Assembly: GCA_943371495.1 (NCBI GenBank)
Contig: CALRVA020000001.1
Coordinates: forward strand, 1 to 45,182
DNA length: 45,182 bases
Origin: Archangium gephyra
Lineage (GTDB): Bacteria > Armatimonadota > Fimbriimonadia > Fimbriimonadales > Fimbriimonadaceae
Reading direction: 5' to 3'
In this document: positions 10,869 through 19,352 of the stretch, piece by piece
Position numbering within the stretch: the first letter of the stretch is position 1
Layout of the letters: every line of letters starts with the position of its first letter
The notes under the pieces: model-generated
Databases searched by the model: none
Told to the model about the DNA's origin: nothing
What the model saw: the letters and a program-made list of their open reading frames with translations, nothing else
Made by a program: the position numbers and the translations under genes

Positions 10869-11480
10869 ATGGCAATGGGCATTGACCACATGATCTTTCG
10901 GTGGGTCAACCACTGGCCATCAGAGTGGGAGCCATTTTTCTGGTTTTTTAGCGAAGGAAACAAGCAATGGGCCGTGCGCGGGCTGTTCCTGGCCCTGGCG
11001 ATCTACCTCGTTTGGAACAAGACCACGCGCGTGGCGACGGTGCGCGGATTGGTTGCCTTTCCGGTCACCAATGCCCTCACCGATGCGATCAAATTTGGGT
11101 TTCCGATGGATCGCCCGTGCGCGGTTGTGGCCCGTGCGCTCGACGGAGGGATGGCCCGCGATCTGGCCATGAAACTCGACCCTGAATTGATCTTGCGGGT
11201 GCCGCATACGGCAAGTTCAGGCACGGCCAGTGCCCATGCCGCCAATACGATGGCAGTAGCGGTGAGTTTGCTCTACGCCAAGTCCCCGTGGGGATGGCTG
11301 TGGTTGGGGGTGAGTTTCTTCACCGGGACGAGCCGCATCTACAACGGCGTCCACTATCCGAGTCAGGTTTTGCTCGGTTGGGCTTGCGGGGCCTTTGTGG
11401 CATGGGTGATTTCCACCACCCATGCCCATTGGGTTAAGGTCAGGACTTCTCGACCGGAAGCGGCGAGTTCAGCTCAATAG
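10869..11480 (+). CDS. PAP2-family phosphatase
   Basis: K...DRP, TASAHA, SRIYNGVHYPSQV motifs plus TM segments. Start may be the ATG at 10875. Confidence 0.88.
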   Translation: MAMGIDHMIFRWVNHWPSEWEPFFWFFSEGNKQWAVRGLFLALAIYLVWNKTTRVATVRGLVAFPVTNALTDAIKFGFPMDRPCAVVARALDGGMARDLAMKLDPELILRVPHTASSGTASAHAANTMAVAVSLLYAKSPWGWLWLGVSFFTGTSRIYNGVHYPSQVLLGWACGAFVAWVISTTHAHWVKVRTSRPEAASSAQ

Positions 11481-11994
11481 TGCCGAGCGAGTCGAGCGGT
11501 TGACCACCGGTGGTGAAGAGGACACTCTTGACCTCGGGGAACTGCGCCATCACGCGCAGCATGCCGCGAATGATGATCTGCTCATCTTCGGTGCCGTACC
11601 CCGCGTAGATCTTGTCGTTGAAGTCAACGGTGGCAATGCCCTCCTTCACGGTGACTGTCTTTACATCGGCATCCTTGGGCACGGCCGGAACCTTGTCCAA
11701 GTAGTCGTTGAGCGCAAACACCATCGGGTCTTCACCTTTCGGGGATTCCTTGGTGTCCGGCTTGGTGCCGAATTGCCCGCCGTTGTAGGTGGGGGTCAGG
11801 GTCGTGACGTCTTGTTGCTTGGGCGTGTCCACTTCGTCCGACGGCGCGTTGTTCGTCACGGCCGGATCGGTGTTTGCCATCGGCACTGCGGGTCGGCTGG
11901 AGACATACCAAGCCAAGGCTCCGAAGCATGCGACAGCAACCCCCAAGACGAGGATCGGTGCCTTTTTGGAGGCAGAGTTTTTGGATTCGCTCAT
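11440..11994 (-). CDS. GerMN domain protein
   Basis: N-terminal TM anchor; GIATVDFND...MLRVMAQFPEVKSVLFTTGG; coupled to the amidase gene. Confidence 0.8.
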   Translation of the reverse strand: MSESKNSASKKAPILVLGVAVACFGALAWYVSSRPAVPMANTDPAVTNNAPSDEVDTPKQQDVTTLTPTYNGGQFGTKPDTKESPKGEDPMVFALNDYLDKVPAVPKDADVKTVTVKEGIATVDFNDKIYAGYGTEDEQIIIRGMLRVMAQFPEVKSVLFTTGGQPLDSLGTIELNSPLPVEKS

Positions 11995-13604
11995 TGCTGG
12001 TAATACCTCTTCACGGCGAGGGTAATGGCCTTAGCCACCGAGGAATGGAATTCGGGTTCTTGTAACCGGGCGCGATCGCGGCTGTGGTTAATGAACGCGA
12101 GTTCGAGAAGTACGGCCGGCATCCGGGAAAGCCGCAATACGGCAAAACCAGAATCATAGATTGTCTGGTCGCTCCGAACTCCCATATTAGGAAGCTTGCT
12201 CACCTTTGCAATTTCCTCCGCCATCAGGTTCGCCAAGAGAATGCCAAGCGGGCTCTGTTTGTGGTGGAACATGATGCTGCCCGATCGGCTATTGGCAACC
12301 GTATTGCTATTGAAGTGGATGCTGAGGAAGAGGTCCGCGTTACTTCGGTTTGCGATTTCGGACCTTTCGCCGAGCGGAATGAACCGGTCGTCGTTGCGCG
12401 TGAGAATGACACTCGCTCCGGCCTCCGTTAGCGCCTTTGCGGTTTGCTGGGCAACTTTCAGAGCGTTGGTTTTCTCATTCACTTGCGCGGCCGTAGCACC
12501 GGGGTCTCGCCCGCCATGCCCGGCATCAATGACAATCACCTTGCCGGCAAGGGTGCCATTCGAGCCAGAGGGCTTGATCAATCGCAAGGTGATGGTTTGG
12601 CCGCTGATGCTGGCCGAGAAGGCCAAAGCCCGCTTGGTGGCCAAGACCACGTTCACAAAGCCGTTGCCCGCGTTCTGCATGGAATAGCGACTTACATAGT
12701 CGCCTGCGCCGAGGGCACCTTCGCGGCTCACTACGGTCTGTGCCTTCGCAATCTGCAATTGGATCGTGTTGGCGTTCACATAAGAAACCGCCGGAGCGCT
12801 ATCAATCGTCTTCGAAAGCTGGAAGGTGTAAACCGCGTCGGTCGCCGTCTCGCGCACCACCTTGGGCTCGCTTACAATCACGGGGTCCACCACCGGCGTT
12901 TGGCTGGGCGGCGGGGTCGTGGTCGGAGGAGCGGCCGGGGCGGGCTTGATGGCGATCTGACTTGTGCCGACGTGGACGAGGTCCACTTCAAACTTGCGAC
13001 TGGGGAGCAGGGAAGGAATGGGCTGCTCGGACATGCGTGGGGTCTCCACCACAATGCGCACGACGTCCGGAGCAAACTGCCCCACGCGCACTTGGTTGGG
13101 CAGTTCTGCGCTCACGCGGGAGTTCAACTTGGCGCCGAAGAGGTCCACCACCAGGCGATCGGGAGCCGCAAGGCGGAAGGCGCGCATGCGCACCATCATC
13201 GTCCCATCAATACGGAATCCCTCATTGGTGGTCTCCACATTGCGGATTTCGCTGAGGACTCGGAAGGTGTTGCCCTCCCACATCGTGTGGCCACCCAGAG
13301 TCTCCGTGATGGTGCCGAGGTCCACCGTCGGTTTCGAGGCAATCGTGCGGGTTTCCAGCCGGATTTCTCGGCCTTCGGCCTTAACGATGGTTTCGTTGCC
13401 GCGAACGTTGACGTCCCAGCCCCAACGACGCATCATGTCAGCCGGGATGAAGCAGTTATTGCCGACACGATAGCCATCGTGCGGCGAAACGCCTTGGAAA
13501 GTGTAATTCACCCGGACCGCCGTGGGCGTCGCGGGCGCATCTTGCGCGTATCCCTGTGTTAGCGCCATCCCTAGCGCCAAACAGGTACCAAAAATCCTCC
13601 TCAT
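11991..13604 (-). CDS. N-acetylmuramoyl-L-alanine amidase (Amidase_3) with AMIN domain
   Basis: Signal peptide; PDRLVVDL/VRIVVE AMIN motifs; VIVIDAGHGGRDPGA, EK, SIHFN, VLLELAF zinc-amidase motifs; GGAGG SD upstream. Confidence 0.92.
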   Translation of the reverse strand: MRRIFGTCLALGMALTQGYAQDAPATPTAVRVNYTFQGVSPHDGYRVGNNCFIPADMMRRWGWDVNVRGNETIVKAEGREIRLETRTIASKPTVDLGTITETLGGHTMWEGNTFRVLSEIRNVETTNEGFRIDGTMMVRMRAFRLAAPDRLVVDLFGAKLNSRVSAELPNQVRVGQFAPDVVRIVVETPRMSEQPIPSLLPSRKFEVDLVHVGTSQIAIKPAPAAPPTTTPPPSQTPVVDPVIVSEPKVVRETATDAVYTFQLSKTIDSAPAVSYVNANTIQLQIAKAQTVVSREGALGAGDYVSRYSMQNAGNGFVNVVLATKRALAFSASISGQTITLRLIKPSGSNGTLAGKVIVIDAGHGGRDPGATAAQVNEKTNALKVAQQTAKALTEAGASVILTRNDDRFIPLGERSEIANRSNADLFLSIHFNSNTVANSRSGSIMFHHKQSPLGILLANLMAEEIAKVSKLPNMGVRSDQTIYDSGFAVLRLSRMPAVLLELAFINHSRDRARLQEPEFHSSVAKAITLAVKRYYQQ

Positions 13605-13688
13605 GAGGTCCTCCGTAATATACCAGAACGTTTAGGATTAAGTGCCGGTTACGTACTTGGCACGGAAATTGCGCGTCATATTCGCATT

Positions 13689-15014
13689 GTGCGGTTTTCG
13701 GCGCTGTTGGTAGCTGTGGGCGCGGCCCTTGCCTTGAGTGGGCAAGCAAAGGCCGACGCGATTCTAGATTGGAATGCGGAGGCGCTTCAGGCGATTCGCA
13801 CCGCCAAATCTGCACCGCCCATGGCCGCGCGCAACCTGGCCATCGTTTCTGGGGCGGCGTTTGATGCCGTGAACTCGATTTCGAATTCTGGCTACCGCAA
13901 CGTTTTCTATTCGGGGGCAGGTAACGCCAGTGCGAGTAAGGAAGCCGCCGCCATCCAAGCGCAGTACGACACCCTGCGCGCGCTCTATCCCACTCAGGCG
14001 GGCCGCTTTAAGGCGCTTTACGATAACCAGATGAGCCAGATCGCGCCGGGAGCCGCCCGTGAAGCGGGCATGGCACTGGGCGCGAAGACCGCTGCCGCGG
14101 CGCTGTCCATGCGGTCCAATGATGGATCGGCCACGGCCGGAACTGTGCCCGATGGCCGGAGCAACGACCTGGGTAAGTGGCGCCCCACCCCGAGCAACTT
14201 TGCCTCGGGAGCCCTGCCGGGATGGTCGCAGGTGCGGCCCTTCACGCTCAATTCTTCGGATCAGTTCCGCTCGGAAGTCATGCCCGCCCTCGGCACTGAG
14301 GAGTACGCCTCGGCCTACAACGAAGTGAAGGCCCTGGGTGGCCTGACCAGCCTGGCCCGCACCGCGGACCAAACCGAAATTGCAATGTTCTGGATTGGCG
14401 GGGCGGGCACGGCCACGCCTCCGGGCCACTGGAACGTAATCGCCGCCGGCGTCTCGCAAGATCGCAACCTGAGCCTGGAGGACAATGCTCGCATGTTCTT
14501 GTTGCTCAACTTCTCCCTGGCCGATGCCGGCGTGAGCGCCTGGGATACCAAGTACACCTATCAGTGCTGGCGACCGATCACGGCCATCCATCAGGGCGAC
14601 CTGGACGGCAACGTGACGACCGACGGCGACCCGAACTGGAGTCCGCTCATCCCGACCCCGAACCACCCCAGCTATGTGAGTGGGCACTCCACTTTTAGCG
14701 GCGCGGCCGCGGCGGCTTTGGCCGGGTTCTTCGGGACGGACGACATCAGCTTTAACGCCAAAAGCGAAGACATCACGGCCACGCGGCACTTCAACTCCTT
14801 TAGTCAGGCGGCGGCGGAGGCCGGGAAGAGCCGTATCTACGGCGGGATTCACTTCGAATTCGACAATGTCGCTGGGCAACTGATGGGGCGGAATGTGGCG
14901 CAGTGGACGCTCGACTCGCTGAACTCGCCCGTGCCGGAGCCGGTGACCCTGCTGGCGATGGGCGCGGGCCTGGCGGCCCTGGTGCGACGGCGACGCCGCG
15001 CCGCCAGCGAGTAG
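13689..15014 (+). CDS. Vanadium-dependent haloperoxidase/PAP2-like protein with PEP-CTERM sorting signal
   Basis: Signal peptide; WDTKYTYQCWRP, HPSYVSGHS, SRIYGGIHF vanadate/phosphate motifs; C-terminal VPEP-TM-RRRRR. Confidence 0.88.
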   Translation: MRFSALLVAVGAALALSGQAKADAILDWNAEALQAIRTAKSAPPMAARNLAIVSGAAFDAVNSISNSGYRNVFYSGAGNASASKEAAAIQAQYDTLRALYPTQAGRFKALYDNQMSQIAPGAAREAGMALGAKTAAAALSMRSNDGSATAGTVPDGRSNDLGKWRPTPSNFASGALPGWSQVRPFTLNSSDQFRSEVMPALGTEEYASAYNEVKALGGLTSLARTADQTEIAMFWIGGAGTATPPGHWNVIAAGVSQDRNLSLEDNARMFLLLNFSLADAGVSAWDTKYTYQCWRPITAIHQGDLDGNVTTDGDPNWSPLIPTPNHPSYVSGHSTFSGAAAAALAGFFGTDDISFNAKSEDITATRHFNSFSQAAAEAGKSRIYGGIHFEFDNVAGQLMGRNVAQWTLDSLNSPVPEPVTLLAMGAGLAALVRRRRRAASE

Positions 15015-15028
15015 AATCACAGCCTCGC

Positions 15029-15104
15029 GGGCGATTAACTCAGTTGGTAGAGTGGCTCCTTTACACGGAGTAAGTCGGGGGTTCGAGTCCCTCATCGCCC
15101 ACCA
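15029..15104 (+). tRNA. tRNA-Val(TAC)
   Basis: Acceptor stem GGGCGAT/ATCGCCC-ACCA, D arm, anticodon loop TTTACAC, T loop GGTTCGAGTCC; 76 nt. Confidence 0.97.
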
Positions 15105-15151
15105 TCCTATGCCTCATATCCTTGGCCTCTTGGGCATACTAAGAGGCACCT

Positions 15152-16591
15152 ATGAGCGACGCGAAGACGCCGGACGAAAAGCCGACCGCGATGACCTTTG
15201 AAGAAGAGGCACCGGTCACCACCAGCCTCAGCATCCCGGGCCTCGAATTTGAAGCCACCACCGGCCGAATGCCTCTAAAGAACGACCAGGGCGAGATTCT
15301 GGCCCAGGTGTTTTATGTGGCCTATACCAAGAAGGGCGCCGAGCCCGGCACTCGTCCCGTCACGTTCACCTTCAACGGGGGGCCGGGTTCGCCCAGCATC
15401 TGGCTGCACATGGGGGCGGTGGGGCCGTTCCGCGCGCCGATGACCCCGGAAGGGCAGTTGCCGCCCGCGCCCTACCAAGTGGAACCGAATCTGGAAACCT
15501 GGCTCCACTTCACCGATCTCGTCTTCATTGACCCGGTGGGCACCGGCTACAGCCGCGCCAAGGACAAGGTGACGGCCGAAACCTATTGGGGTGTGGAAGG
15601 CGACATCAAGAGCGTCAGTGAGTTCTGCCGCATGTGGCTGAACCGCAATGCCCGCTGGCGTTCACCGCTCTACCTGGTGGGTGAGAGCTACGGCACCACC
15701 CGCGCGGCGGGCATGGCCGGCCACATGATTGACCAAGGGATTGCCCTCAACGGGGTGATTCTGGTTTCGGCCATCCTCAACTTCCAAACTGGTTATCAGC
15801 AGTACGGCAACGATGTGTCGTTCAAGTTGTATTTCCCGACCTATACTGCCACGGCGTGGTACCACGATAAGCTGCCCTGGGCCGCGAGCCTGGAAGACGC
15901 TCTGCGCCAATCGGAAGCCTTTGTGCAAGGCGATTACGCCCGGGCTTTGCTGCTTGGCGATGATCTCGTGGGCGAGGCTCGCCAGGCCGTCGTCAATGAA
16001 TACGCACGTCTTACTGGCCTGAGTCCTGAGTACGTTGACCGTGCGGACCTCCGCGTGACGCAGGGTGCCTTCTGCAAGGAACTCTTGCGTAGTGATCGCC
16101 GCACGGTGGGACGCTTGGACAGCCGCATCAAGGGCATTGATGACTACCGCCGAGGCGAAGGGGAGCACCTGACCAGCGACCCCAGCATGTCCATGCTGAT
16201 GCCGCCCTATACGGCGACATTCAATGACTTTGTGCGCACTCAGCTCAAGTACGAATCGGACCTCAAGTACGAGATATTCAGCGGGATTGGCGAGTGGAAC
16301 TGGGGCACCAAGGGACGCCAGGGCTACCCCGACACCAGCGAGGCTCTGCGCAATGCCATGCACAAGAACCCCTACATGAAGGTGTTTGTGGCCAGTGGCT
16401 ATTACGACCTCGCGACGCCCTACTTTGCCACCGAGTACACCTATCGGCACATGGGGTTGGACCCCGAAGTGCGCGGCAACTTCTCGTTTGGCTATTACGA
16501 AGCCGGGCACATGATGTACGTGCACACGGGCTGCCTCACCACGCTATTCCAAGACGTCAAGGCGTTTGTGGAAGGCACTCAGCGAGGCTGA
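15152..16591 (+). CDS. Serine carboxypeptidase, S10 family
   Basis: FNGGPGSPS, IDPVGTGYS, GESYG nucleophile motif, GYYDLATP, AGHMMY. Confidence 0.92.
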   Translation: MSDAKTPDEKPTAMTFEEEAPVTTSLSIPGLEFEATTGRMPLKNDQGEILAQVFYVAYTKKGAEPGTRPVTFTFNGGPGSPSIWLHMGAVGPFRAPMTPEGQLPPAPYQVEPNLETWLHFTDLVFIDPVGTGYSRAKDKVTAETYWGVEGDIKSVSEFCRMWLNRNARWRSPLYLVGESYGTTRAAGMAGHMIDQGIALNGVILVSAILNFQTGYQQYGNDVSFKLYFPTYTATAWYHDKLPWAASLEDALRQSEAFVQGDYARALLLGDDLVGEARQAVVNEYARLTGLSPEYVDRADLRVTQGAFCKELLRSDRRTVGRLDSRIKGIDDYRRGEGEHLTSDPSMSMLMPPYTATFNDFVRTQLKYESDLKYEIFSGIGEWNWGTKGRQGYPDTSEALRNAMHKNPYMKVFVASGYYDLATPYFATEYTYRHMGLDPEVRGNFSFGYYEAGHMMYVHTGCLTTLFQDVKAFVEGTQRG

Positions 16592-18079
16592 TTACGCGTT
16601 GGCCGGCGCCCAACCGGGCGCGGCCGCGCGGAAGCCCTGATACAGGGCCAGCATCGCGTAGGTATCCAGTTGGCAGTATTCGCGCAGGTCATCAATGATG
16701 GCCGCGCGTCTCTCGTTGGTGGTGGCCGGGTCCAGATACTCCTCGTAGACCTGCACCGCCACCGCCCCATTTTGGACGTTAAGTGTCTTGTAGCTGACGG
16801 CGGGGTTCACAGCGGGGAGCACGTTCTTGATGCTGTATGAGCCTTTGAAGCTGGTCCAATAGGTTTTGCCCTTGATGGCCTTATAGAGGTCGAAACCGAC
16901 CGCCTTGATCTTGTTATAGAGCTCGTGGCCAAAGGGGACGCCCGCATCCCGGAGCATCTTGAGCGTGGTGACCTCGTAATCGGAATAGAACACGAGGCTT
17001 TCGCAGTCCTGTACGGCCTCCCACAGGGTGGCGGCAAAGGCCACGCGCGGGTCTTGGTTGACGTCGGTGTGCAGGTAGTCGCGCCACTCCGGAGTGTCGG
17101 GGGAATCGGCATCCGGGATCACGTGGAGCGACCACTGGAACGGCACCCGCTCGTAGGGGTGGTGCCCCACAAACTTCGGTAGGGCAGGATCGATGGCCTC
17201 GAAATCCACAAAGCCGATGGGGCCGGGCAGGCGCTCAAGTTGTTTGATGAGATCGGGGTCGGTGAAGTCCTGCTGGCCCGAGATCACCCGGTAGGCCAAG
17301 CGATTGGTGGGGCTGAGTTGCTCGGCGGTGGTGACATCGTCAATCATCCGTAATCCTTGGGTGGCCAACTTGCGGACGGAATTGACGTTGATGCCCGGAA
17401 GCTTCCACAGGCCTCCCTCCGGAATCCCTTCGTGGCAGTTTTCGCGGAAATCGCAGTCCCGGCAGTACGTGTTGGGTTCAAACGGGGGCGGATCGTCCTG
17501 CTGGCGGAGGGCGCGGACGGCATCGAGGTCGGCCGTCAGCCGAGGGATCATTTCGAGGACGAGACCGGTGATGTCCACCGAGGAAAAAAGCCGCTCGGCG
17601 TCGTAGGGGCCGCCGTCGTGGACGTAGTCGCGGTCCAGATGCATGAGGCGGTAATCCCGAATGCGAATGCCCGCCGCCCGCAGGACGACAGCCTGAAAGG
17701 CGACATCCGCAATGTGGTCTGGTTCCTTCACCCGAACCCCGGACTTGACCTCAATCAACGTCCAGGTGCCATCGGCGTTCCGCTCCAAAATGTCGCACCG
17801 GGTGATCAACTCTTCGGCCGCGAAACTTGCCTCGAAGAGAACCGGCGCATCTCCTTCTACGGCCACGGCGGTGTGGGCAAGGGCCACCTCAGGAGGGCCT
17901 GAAGGCAAAAGCACGCCGGTGGGGAAGTTGTGCCGGGCAAGTTCGCCAATTGCCTGGCCGGTGACCATGTAAGCCCGCTGATCCGCATTCGGCGCCTTGG
18001 CCAGATCGGGGCGGTGGGTGGCATACCAAAACCTCTTCGCGCATGGGCGAAACTGCTGGAAGAGGCTTTTTGTGATCAC
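16592..18079 (-). CDS. DUF2779-type protein: PD-(D/E)XK (Cas4/RecB-like) nuclease fused to RNase H-like DEDD domain
   Basis: RCDIL...LIEVKS, DVAFQ, Cys pattern C12 plus CxxCxxxxxC; C-terminal FVDFEA, PFQWS, FDL, YCQLDT. Confidence 0.8.
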   Translation of the reverse strand: MITKSLFQQFRPCAKRFWYATHRPDLAKAPNADQRAYMVTGQAIGELARHNFPTGVLLPSGPPEVALAHTAVAVEGDAPVLFEASFAAEELITRCDILERNADGTWTLIEVKSGVRVKEPDHIADVAFQAVVLRAAGIRIRDYRLMHLDRDYVHDGGPYDAERLFSSVDITGLVLEMIPRLTADLDAVRALRQQDDPPPFEPNTYCRDCDFRENCHEGIPEGGLWKLPGINVNSVRKLATQGLRMIDDVTTAEQLSPTNRLAYRVISGQQDFTDPDLIKQLERLPGPIGFVDFEAIDPALPKFVGHHPYERVPFQWSLHVIPDADSPDTPEWRDYLHTDVNQDPRVAFAATLWEAVQDCESLVFYSDYEVTTLKMLRDAGVPFGHELYNKIKAVGFDLYKAIKGKTYWTSFKGSYSIKNVLPAVNPAVSYKTLNVQNGAVAVQVYEEYLDPATTNERRAAIIDDLREYCQLDTYAMLALYQGFRAAAPGWAPANA

Positions 18080-18131
18080 AGAGTCGCAAGGCTACCCTTC
18101 GGGACCCTGGGTTGGGGGTAGGATTTTGCGC

Positions 18132-18731
18132 ATGGCGACCCCCTTGGCCGACCGCTTGAGCGCTGTGATTGAGCGCTACGATCTGCTTCAACATCCGTTC
18201 TATCAGGCTTGGAGTGCGGGCACTCTGCCGGTAGACGCCTTGAAGACTTACGCTTCCGAATACGGAGCCTTCATCAATCGCGTGGCCGCCGGCTGGGCTG
18301 CCCACGGTGACGAAGAAATCGCCGCCGAAGAGCGCGAGCACGCCGACCTGTGGGCCGAATTTGCCGGCGCGCTGGGTACGGACGTGAAGGGCGCCTCGCT
18401 GCCGGCCGTGACCGACATGGCCAACCGCGTGGATGCGGCGTTTGCGGATGCGGTGACCTCGCTTGGTGGGCTCTACGCCTTCGAGTGCCAGCAGCCGAAT
18501 ACCAGCAAGAGCAAGCTCGAAGGTCTGGATACGCACTACACCGGCCTGCCGGAAGCCGCGCGCACCTACTTCGAGATTCACGTGAACGACATTCACGAGC
18601 CCGCCCTGCTTCTGCAACGCATGGAAGCGCTCTCGGCGGACGATCAAGATCGCGCCGTGGCGGCCTGCGAAAGCGTGGCCGAAGGCCTGTGGAACGCCCT
18701 CACGGACATCCACAAGGTTCACTGCGCCTAA
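18132..18731 (+). CDS. CADD/PqqC/TenA-like heme-oxygenase-fold diiron protein
   Basis: LLQHPFYQAWSAG, EEREHADLW, LYAFE, YFEIH. Start at ATG 18132, with TAGGAT 7 nt upstream. Confidence 0.8.
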   Translation: MATPLADRLSAVIERYDLLQHPFYQAWSAGTLPVDALKTYASEYGAFINRVAAGWAAHGDEEIAAEEREHADLWAEFAGALGTDVKGASLPAVTDMANRVDAAFADAVTSLGGLYAFECQQPNTSKSKLEGLDTHYTGLPEAARTYFEIHVNDIHEPALLLQRMEALSADDQDRAVAACESVAEGLWNALTDIHKVHCA

Positions 18732-18853
18732 GCCGAACATCGGCTTGAGTTCATGGCCCCTGAGGTGTGAATGCCTCGGGGGTCATTGCTTTTTATGACG
18801 CCTTCCGCGATGCTAGACAGGAGCGCGGAGGGGTAAGTATTCTCCTGGCTGAT

Positions 18854-19258
18854 ATGGCGAAGATCGCGGACATCGAAGGCATCGGCCCCAAGTATGCGGC
18901 GGCCCTGAAGGACCACGGAATTGACACGACGGACGAACTGCTGGCGGCGGGCGCGAGTAAGAAGGGCCGCGCGGACCTGGCCGAGAAGACCGGCCTGAGC
19001 GAGAAGCTGGTGCTGGAGTGGGTGAACCGCGCCGACCTGATGCGCATTAAGGGCATTGGTTCGCAGTACTCCGACCTCCTGGAGCACGCGGGCGTGGATA
19101 GCGTGCCGGAACTGGCTCAGCGCAACGGGGCGAACCTGGCCGCCAAGATGGCCGAGATCAACGAAGCCAAGAATCTGACCAGCCGCGCGCCGAGCGAGAA
19201 GGAAGTCGAGGACTGGGTGGAGCAGGCCAAGGGGCTTGATCGCGTCGTCACGCACTAA
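18854..19258 (+). CDS. DUF4332 (helix-hairpin-helix) protein
   Basis: IADIEGIGPKYA, WVNRADLMRIKGIG..YSDLLEHAGVDSVPELAQRN, PSEKEVEDWVEQAK. Confidence 0.88.
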   Translation: MAKIADIEGIGPKYAAALKDHGIDTTDELLAAGASKKGRADLAEKTGLSEKLVLEWVNRADLMRIKGIGSQYSDLLEHAGVDSVPELAQRNGANLAAKMAEINEAKNLTSRAPSEKEVEDWVEQAKGLDRVVTH

Positions 19259-19278
19259 TCTTTAGTTGCCTTGAAGTG

Positions 19279-19317
19279 AAGCCTCGCGGCCCCGGGAGTG
19301 GGGTGGCGAGGCTTTTT
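19279..19317 (+). terminator. Intrinsic terminator
   Basis: AAGCCTCGC...GCGAGGC followed by TTTTT just downstream of the DUF4332 stop. Confidence 0.75.
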
Positions 19318-19352
19318 GCATCCCAAGGCGCGGGTGCAGTAAAGTCCGAGGC

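Noticed and set aside
13764-15095. 443-aa minus-strand ORF
   Set aside because: Starts inside tRNA-Val (MRDSNPRL artefact) and shadows the haloperoxidase.
16592-18079. CRISPR-Cas locus suggested by the Cas4-like domain
   Set aside because: No repeat-spacer array or other cas genes seen anywhere in the window.
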